Assembly: GCA_964599615.1 (NCBI GenBank)
Contig: CAZRGF010000003.1
Coordinates: forward strand, 26,289-90,288
Source: Candidatus Woesearchaeota archaeon
GTDB lineage: Archaea > Nanobdellota > Nanobdellia > Pacearchaeales > UBA284
Direction of reading: 5' to 3'
DNA: 64,000 bases
Every line of letters begins with the position of its first letter. Positions within the stretch are counted from its first letter, which is position 1. The notes beneath the pieces were generated by a model. The model had not been told where the DNA came from, made no database searches, and worked only from the letters and a program-made list of their open reading frames with translations. Position numbers and translations under genes: made by a program. Shown one piece after another: positions 63,801-64,000 of this stretch.

Positions 63801-64000
63801 AAAGCAAACCTCCGGTTTACAAGCGCTTTAATACCGCTAAATTTTAATGTGTAAAATCTTATGTTTTTTCTTTCAAATTCAGTTAAGTCTATACTCTCAT
63901 AATCTATCTCCCTTGGATCAAGATTTTTCTTCTTTTCTCTTCCAAACTTTTCGAGCATATGAAAACCTTCTTCTTGCTCAATCTCCTCGAAAAAAAGTTC
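63797..64000 (-). CDS. hypothetical protein; the window edge cuts off its N-terminal part
   Basis: Frame open from 64000 to a TGA that overlaps the next start (ATGA). Ends ...FSGIKALVNRRFAL. Confidence 0.4.
   Translation of the reverse strand, partial: ELFFEEIEQEEGFHMLEKFGREKKKNLDPREIDYESIDLTEFERKNIRFYTLKFSGIKALVNRRFAL

Noticed and set aside
1-64000. A search by eye for defence or mobile-element genes: cas, restriction-modification, toxin-antitoxin pairs, reverse transcriptase/DGR, integrase, transposase, and rRNA.
   Set aside because: No YxDD RT motif, tyrosine or serine recombinase pattern, DDE or HUH transposase motif, Cas signature or rRNA-like GC-rich segment was recognised. Absence is based on visual motif recognition only and should be confirmed with HMM searches.

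Overview
This is a visibly AT-rich (G+C not computed), gene-dense archaeal window. It carries archaea-specific informational genes: ribosomal proteins S17e, L37Ae, L35Ae, L41e and uL11; Alba; RNAP subunits L and P; prefoldin beta; SepF; the KEOPS kinase Bud32; diphthamide enzymes; and TrmY. Proteins are compact and many ORFs are orphans. I infer a DPANN-type archaeon (Woese-/Pace-/Nanoarchaeota-like); no rRNA is present to confirm this.

Main blocks, in order:
- Regulators, a radical-SAM enzyme and form III-type RuBisCO (1-8.8 kb).
- A copper-resistance island with CopA, a CopZ-like chaperone, a membrane/cupredoxin protein and a small Cys protein (9.4-13.3 kb).
- An ABC-2 exporter.
- An Fe-S cluster block (IscS/IscU) with a diadenylate cyclase and a DEDDh exonuclease (15.6-19.4 kb).
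- A 676-aa orphan, a TrmB regulator and a class I aaRS (IleRS-like).
- RpoL and L41e.
- A surface block with glycosyltransferases and a type IV pilus/archaellum-like ATPase plus two FlaJ/TadC-like membrane proteins (27-36.6 kb).
- A housekeeping block (36.6-40 kb).
- A nuclease and dU/thymidylate neighbourhood: SNase-like, EndoQ-like, dCMP deaminase and a long ThyX-like protein (40-45.5 kb).
- A 768-bp repeat-rich non-coding region next to tRNA-Ser.
- A translation/transcription block: L37Ae, RpoP, prefoldin beta, uL11 and L35Ae.
- A PolB-like protein with degenerate palm motifs.
- A sugar-modification block (57.5-64 kb).

Five tRNAs are present: Met/CAT, Arg/GCG, Ser, Pro/TGG and Val/TAC.

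I found no cas genes, CRISPR array, integrase, transposase, reverse transcriptase or recognisable defence system, and I could not support any novel multi-gene system. The most unusual signals are at the DNA level:
1. A MITE-like family with terminal inverted repeats and flanking duplications, at three or more loci.
2. A REP-like bipartite intergenic element at seven loci.
3. A stem-loop motif with differing stems, found upstream of two nuclease genes.
4. A 25-bp duplication of the tRNA-Val 3' end bracketing a 547-bp one-gene insert.

All protein calls come from motif recognition by eye on the supplied translations. No searches were run.
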